From Schmidtea polychroa (taxonomy: Eukaryota), in the NCBI GenBank assembly GCA_044892525.1, contig CM097887.1, positions 65,224,001 to 65,288,000 of the forward strand: a DNA stretch of 64,000 nucleotides, written 5' to 3'. A model generated the notes under the pieces. That model did not search any database. It was not told the DNA's origin and was given only the letters and a program-made list of their open reading frames with translations. Each line of letters begins with the position of its first letter. Positions within the stretch are counted from its first letter, which is position 1. The translations under genes were made by a program, and so were the position numbers. This document shows positions 61,869 to 64,000 of the stretch, one piece after another.

Positions 61869-64000
61869 CTGAAAGAAACATTGAAATGATTTCAAATAAA
61901 TGCTGTTGTTATTTGATGTGCAAATGAGAGAATTTCTAAATAGGATACAGTTGGGGTTTCAATTAATATAAGATGGTAAAAATAAGTTTATTGGAAGAAA
62001 CTGCAAATGTGTTCTACATTTAAGATTCCATCACCGTTTTACATATACCGATGATACCAAATGAAGATCATTTTTCAACAACAGAAAATAAGTTTTATTA
62101 TCAATCTTGATTTAGATTTTGGGTGCTAGATATAATTAAAAACATAAATTAATTATAATTAACTAATTATTTTACCACGAAACTTGTAAATCCAACAAAG
62201 AAATAAAAATTCTTATCGGGGTTTGAAACTTATTTGCTGTCATTACTTTGTAAGCTTTCAATTACACAATTTTTTTTAAAAATTACTCAGAATACTTACG
62301 ATAGGTAAAACGATAGAGGAAAACTGAGGAAAATAGAGGAATACTATATAAAAGTCCGAGGACAAAACCCTCCCACTTAATGTTTACAATCAAGCGTACT
62401 TATGTATTACGCATTTTCTAATTATTATATAAAAATGTGTGCCTTCTAGCTAGTATTATTAGGCTAATCCTCACTTAACCCTTTAGCTTCCAATAGACGA
62501 TATATGTTTCATGATATTTTCAAAAATTACTGAAACGTTTCAAATACATAATAAGAGTATTACTAAATGCTGCATTGTAGGAATTAACAGCATTGTGACG
62601 CATACGGTGTTATGATTCATACAAACATGTTACAAGACTAATATAAAGACGTTAACTACATACGGATATAATGTGGTCTCTTAAGGTTTTACAAATTTTG
62701 TAGTAGATACTTGTTGCATTTAGTGAATTGTGATTTCAACATCAACAGGTAAGATTTTAAAATATTGTTAATAAAATTGATAGTTTTTTTTTATTTATTT
62801 GCGAAAAAAATGCTGTTATGATCACATGGGATGTGTCCCTTCGGACTTTTTTAGTGGAATGCATTATTGGCTCATTTGAATTTCAGGACGAAAAGAAAAT
62901 TAACTGAGGTGGAATTGAAGGAAGCAGCTTAAGACATATGAGATGAATCCGAAGATAAACAGTGAATCCGAATATCAAACCTAATATAAAATATTAAATC
63001 ATGACGAAAAAAGTCTACGCAAAAGGATTAAGCTTAGAAACGTATATATGTAAAAAATGAAATCACGTATCATTAACTAAGAAATTTATTGCTTTACCAT
63101 ATAAAACATTTTTGTTATTGGCTTCGAAAATTACTTTTTCTGTCTCTCCTAGATGCCAATCAAAATTTCCTAGTTTTCAGAATATGTTACTGTTGTAATT
63201 TATTCATATCTATATATTTCTTGTTAATAAGGATTCTGTTGTGAATATTAACAAAACAAAAAAACGAGCGCACACGTTTTTAAAAAAACATATTCTACAT
63301 CCACATAAATAATCTATAGTATTTCAATGACTGCATGGCGCCTACTTCCACCACATCCAGCTGAATTTGTTTACAATCAAGGTTTTGTTAAACAAAATTT
63401 TTTCTCGAACATATTTGAACTTGAACAAGTCTACAATATTTCCGAGACAAGTTCATCCGAAGAATTGTCAATAACTAACTCTGATCACCAACTGCGAATA
63501 AAAATGTATCAATATTCACATTAGTAGCCAAAATATTTTCTACTAATTTCTTTTACTTTGATCTAATTAAAAGGAATATGCTGCCTAGTCAGCCAAAAAA
63601 ATTGAGAACTAAGAAATCTGCAGTTTGCTTACATTGTGATTCGTTAATTAAGATATCCTTGAGTCAGAAGGACAACTAGAGATTCTAGGCGAAGTCGCAA
63701 AATCTCTTATAAAGAGACTTGATTTTATATACAAAAAAGAATTTGTTTATTAAAATTTCAGAATGAAGCATAATCAGTAAAATCTTGTATTTTTTAATTC
63801 CCTTTCATGTTTTTTATATTTCATTTATTTTTATTATAGCAATAAAAATACTTTGTGTTACATATGCAAATTTATCTGATCTATAATCATAATGAAAATC
63901 AATGGAATATTAAGAATAACTTAAATTGTAAAAATTATAATTTTTAAGCCGTTCTAATAGAAAGCTACATAATTTTCAACCATTGAAAAAACATACGATT

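Noticed and set aside
1-64000. CRISPR arrays, rRNA, tRNA or snRNA genes
   Set aside because: None was recognised by eye; the context is eukaryotic and the repeats seen are TE termini, LTRs and microsatellites. tRNAscan-SE and Infernal were not run.

Overview
AT-rich eukaryotic (animal) genomic DNA with many very short (~43-60 nt) GT-AG introns and three N-gaps. The species cannot be assigned from the sequence alone. There are four clear host genes: a YTHDC1-like m6A reader (+, 5200-13206), Bicaudal-C (+, 14971-22358), a single-exon TCF21/musculin (MyoR)-type bHLH (+, 36747-37157) and a PLPP/wunen-type lipid phosphate phosphatase (-, 54637 to at least 61868, 5' end unresolved). Much of the rest is nested mobile DNA: hAT, piggyBac, Merlin, Tc1 and pogo/Tigger MITEs and fossils, two decayed gag remnants, a Maverick/Polinton-type DNA polymerase fossil and a processed actin pseudogene. 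The standout is an intact, very young CsRn1-type Ty3/gypsy LTR retrotransposon (-, 40604-48281). It has LTRs that differ only by one A, a 5-bp TSD, a tRNA-Leu PBS and a -1 frameshift signal. Its 932-codon ORF1 places a long N-terminal extension, a hydrophobic TM-like segment and a 76-residue ubiquitin-like domain ending in Gly-Gly directly in front of an ordinary ~340-aa Gag. This suggests ubiquitin-fusion-style processing of Gag.
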